From Sarea resinae (Eukaryota), in NCBI GenBank assembly GCA_026026165.1, contig JAPEUD010000023.1, forward strand, positions 248,001 to 297,859: DNA of 49,859 nt. Reading direction: 5' to 3'. The position numbers and the translations under genes are program-made. Shown here in pieces: positions 47,601 to 49,859 of the stretch (within the stretch, counting starts at the first letter, position 1; each line of letters begins with the position of its first letter). The notes below the pieces were generated by a model. The model was not told the DNA's origin, did not search any database, and was given only the letters and a program-made list of their open reading frames with translations.

Positions 47601-49859
47601 ATTTCACGGTCACAGGACAGAATTCTCCCTCGCAGTCGTGCTTATCGTTACCTCACCTTTGCTTCGATATCGTCACAGCACTAAAGAAGATGGTGACATG
47701 GCCAAATGTGAGTAATGAGTGACCGTGGACCGAAAAAGTTGTGCCGTGTCCCCAATTCCGCGATCCCTTGGACTCAGCTGGCCGTGCCGGCATGAGGGAA
47801 ATACATTCTTCCTTACGAGATGTTTCATTCAAGCGCGGCGCTCTTGGGTCAGCGGCCTGGCAGATACCTTCGTCCAGACAGACGTTAGTATGCTCGCGCT
47901 TGTCTCTTCGGCACTGCGTCCGTCGCCAGCCTATCTGACCTTTGTATCTCGGATCGACGATAGGTAGCCCTAGGTCAGTCATAGCCCGGGCGCCAAGCGT
48001 GGAAATCAATTTAGTCGCGGAGGACTGAGGGACCTCGTACGGAGTACTCTCTCTGGTTACGGTACCGGGCAAGTCGGTAGGTACCAACTTTGGCGTACTC
48101 GAGTCGGTAAGGCAGGCAAGGGCAGGAGGTAGCAGCGATGGGACTCTCCGCCGTGTCCAATCCGATCGTCGATCAATGCCGGTCGACCCAATGGCGAGTC
48201 GTGAAACCCAGCCAGAGGCCTCGGCTGGTCCACTCGCACGAGTCGGATTCGCTTCTCTCCCCCTTGGCTTGACTCGTTGCCCGGCCGTGCCCAGTCGTTG
48301 CCCATGGGCAGTCTTGGGGTTACGTCTAGGTACTTTACTCAAGGTACCCAGCTGGAGATGAAGTACGGAGTACGCAGTACCTCAGGTACTTCGCGCAGCT
48401 CCAATACTACGGGCGATGGTACCTCGGTACGTAGATACCTCCCCTTCGGTCTGAGATGGAGAGGAGGAGAGGAAGAGAGGAGAGCAAGCGAGAGAGCGAG
48501 AGAGAGAGAGCGACAAAGCGAGTCGAAATCATACGAGAATCAGACCACATCCCCCAAACCACGTGTACGTAACCATCCCGATGTACACTCAACCCTACCC
48601 TATCGAGAACAGTCTGCCTCCAGTCCACCCAAGTCCCCCCCAGTCCCCCCCAGTCCCCCCCGTCCACCAGAGGGTTCACCAGCATCCATCGACTCGATCG
48701 GGTCTACCTCGTTCGGGCAACGGGATCCTGCAGTCTCTCAAGGTCAAGAGCCGGCAACTGCCAACCGGAGATCTACCTTTGCCCTCCTTCCCTGCTTGGC
48801 GGCCACCTCCGTCTCTCTGTTTTCTTCCCTCGACGAAGCACAGGAGGAGGAGCAGCAGCGGCGGCGGCAGCAGCACCTCTGCCAGGCACTTCCCCGGTGG
48901 GACTTGACTGTAGCCCATATGCTCTGTCGTACGCACTAGAGTACTGGACTTGAACAGGTCGGAGTACTTCGTACTCGGTCGTCATAAGCTTATCCGGCAT
49001 CGTTCGTGCCCGATTGCTTCTTGACGCATTGTCGATTCTCTCAGCACGGCCTCGCCTCGATGACTTGCGTCTCTCGGCCTGCTCTCTCTTGTCTCTCTCG
49101 TCTCTCTCGCTTTGGTCGTCTGTCCTTGCGGCAGAGAGGTAGGGCAGGATACGATGCCGGTACAGTAGCGGCAGCAGTAGTAGCAGCAGTAGCCGTCGTA
49201 GCAGTGCCAGTTGCTCTACGTAGTATGAAGTAGAGTCGTCGCATCCCGGCCTGCTCGGCAACCATCTGGTCCCCTCGCGGAGCGGTCAGCGACATTATTC
49301 GTCGGCAGCGCTTCTCTGCCCCCATGGCCTGGCAGACATTACTCTCGCTCGCTCTCCGTTGCGGTCCAGCGGTCAGCAACTGCGACGGCCCAGCGTCTGG
49401 AGGAGTCAGCAAGACTGAGATCTCTGCCATGGCCTCCCATGGCCTCCCATGCTCTTCCATGCGGTCCCATGCCATCCCGACCCTTCCTGACCCTTCCTGA
49501 CCCTTCCTTGCCTCCTTCGACGTACCCGTGCTCCGTGCTTCGTACTTCCCACTACGCGATCCTATCCCATCCTAAAAGTCATTCGGCGCCGTGTCCGCTT
49601 CCTAGCACTCTAGAGTAAGGTAGTGTCCCGGCGGCCTGTGCATAACCCTCCGGCCAGTCAGTTTCTGCAACTTGAGGCTCCGACGTTTGCCGTACCGTGC
49701 ATCTTTGCCTTCCGGCTCGCTCCCTGCAAAACTCATTTCACCCCCGAGCAATATAATGTTGACTTGCTCTGGGCTTGGAATTTACTCGTCCGCGGTAAGA
49801 CACTTTTGAATCAAATACAACCCCCCCCAGGCTGCCTTACGTCTTCAATCCTTCCCATC

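Noticed and set aside
47653..49475. ORFs of 144-229 aa on both strands
   Set aside because: Low-complexity, mutually overlapping, several with non-ATG starts, and no domain signatures.
1..49859. CRISPR array, rRNA/tRNA genes, or Starship-type captain recombinase
   Set aside because: No regularly spaced repeat-spacer array, no recognisable structural RNA, and no tyrosine-recombinase-like ORF seen by eye. A tRNA or ncRNA covariance scan was not possible.

Overview
Filamentous ascomycete (Pezizomycotina-type) genomic DNA, with spliceosomal introns and RIP-like hypermutation, in two sharply separated compartments. (1) Positions 1 to ~18,790 are an AT-rich block riddled with C>T/G>A transitions. 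It holds a minus-strand Ty1/Copia retrotransposon interrupted twice: in its RT by a Ty3/Gypsy element (A, partial in the window), and in its integrase by a complete 9,065-bp chromodomain-bearing Ty3/Gypsy element (B; 328-bp LTRs, 5-bp TSD, PPT, Tf1-type self-priming site). The mutated zone continues into a host ATR1-like MFS transporter gene whose 5' end is still intact. (2) Positions ~18,790 to 49,859 are ordinary gene space: a conserved hypothetical gene, HCS1/SMUBP-2 helicase, FAM32A/DUF1754, NTH1/NTG1 glycosylase, a DUF202 membrane protein, a CorA-like protein, a SUN-family cell-wall protein, a poly-His hypothetical gene, and long gene-free stretches. The most notable observation is in the ~3 kb between pol and the 3' LTR of element B. 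It appears to hide a RIP-scrambled, antisense, intron-containing accessory gene (~480 codons) encoding a Zn(II)2Cys6-like cluster, a Pro/Ser/Arg-rich middle and a C-terminal coiled coil. All protein calls come from manual translation and motif recognition; no database search was run. 'De-RIP' sequences are inferred by reversing transitions.
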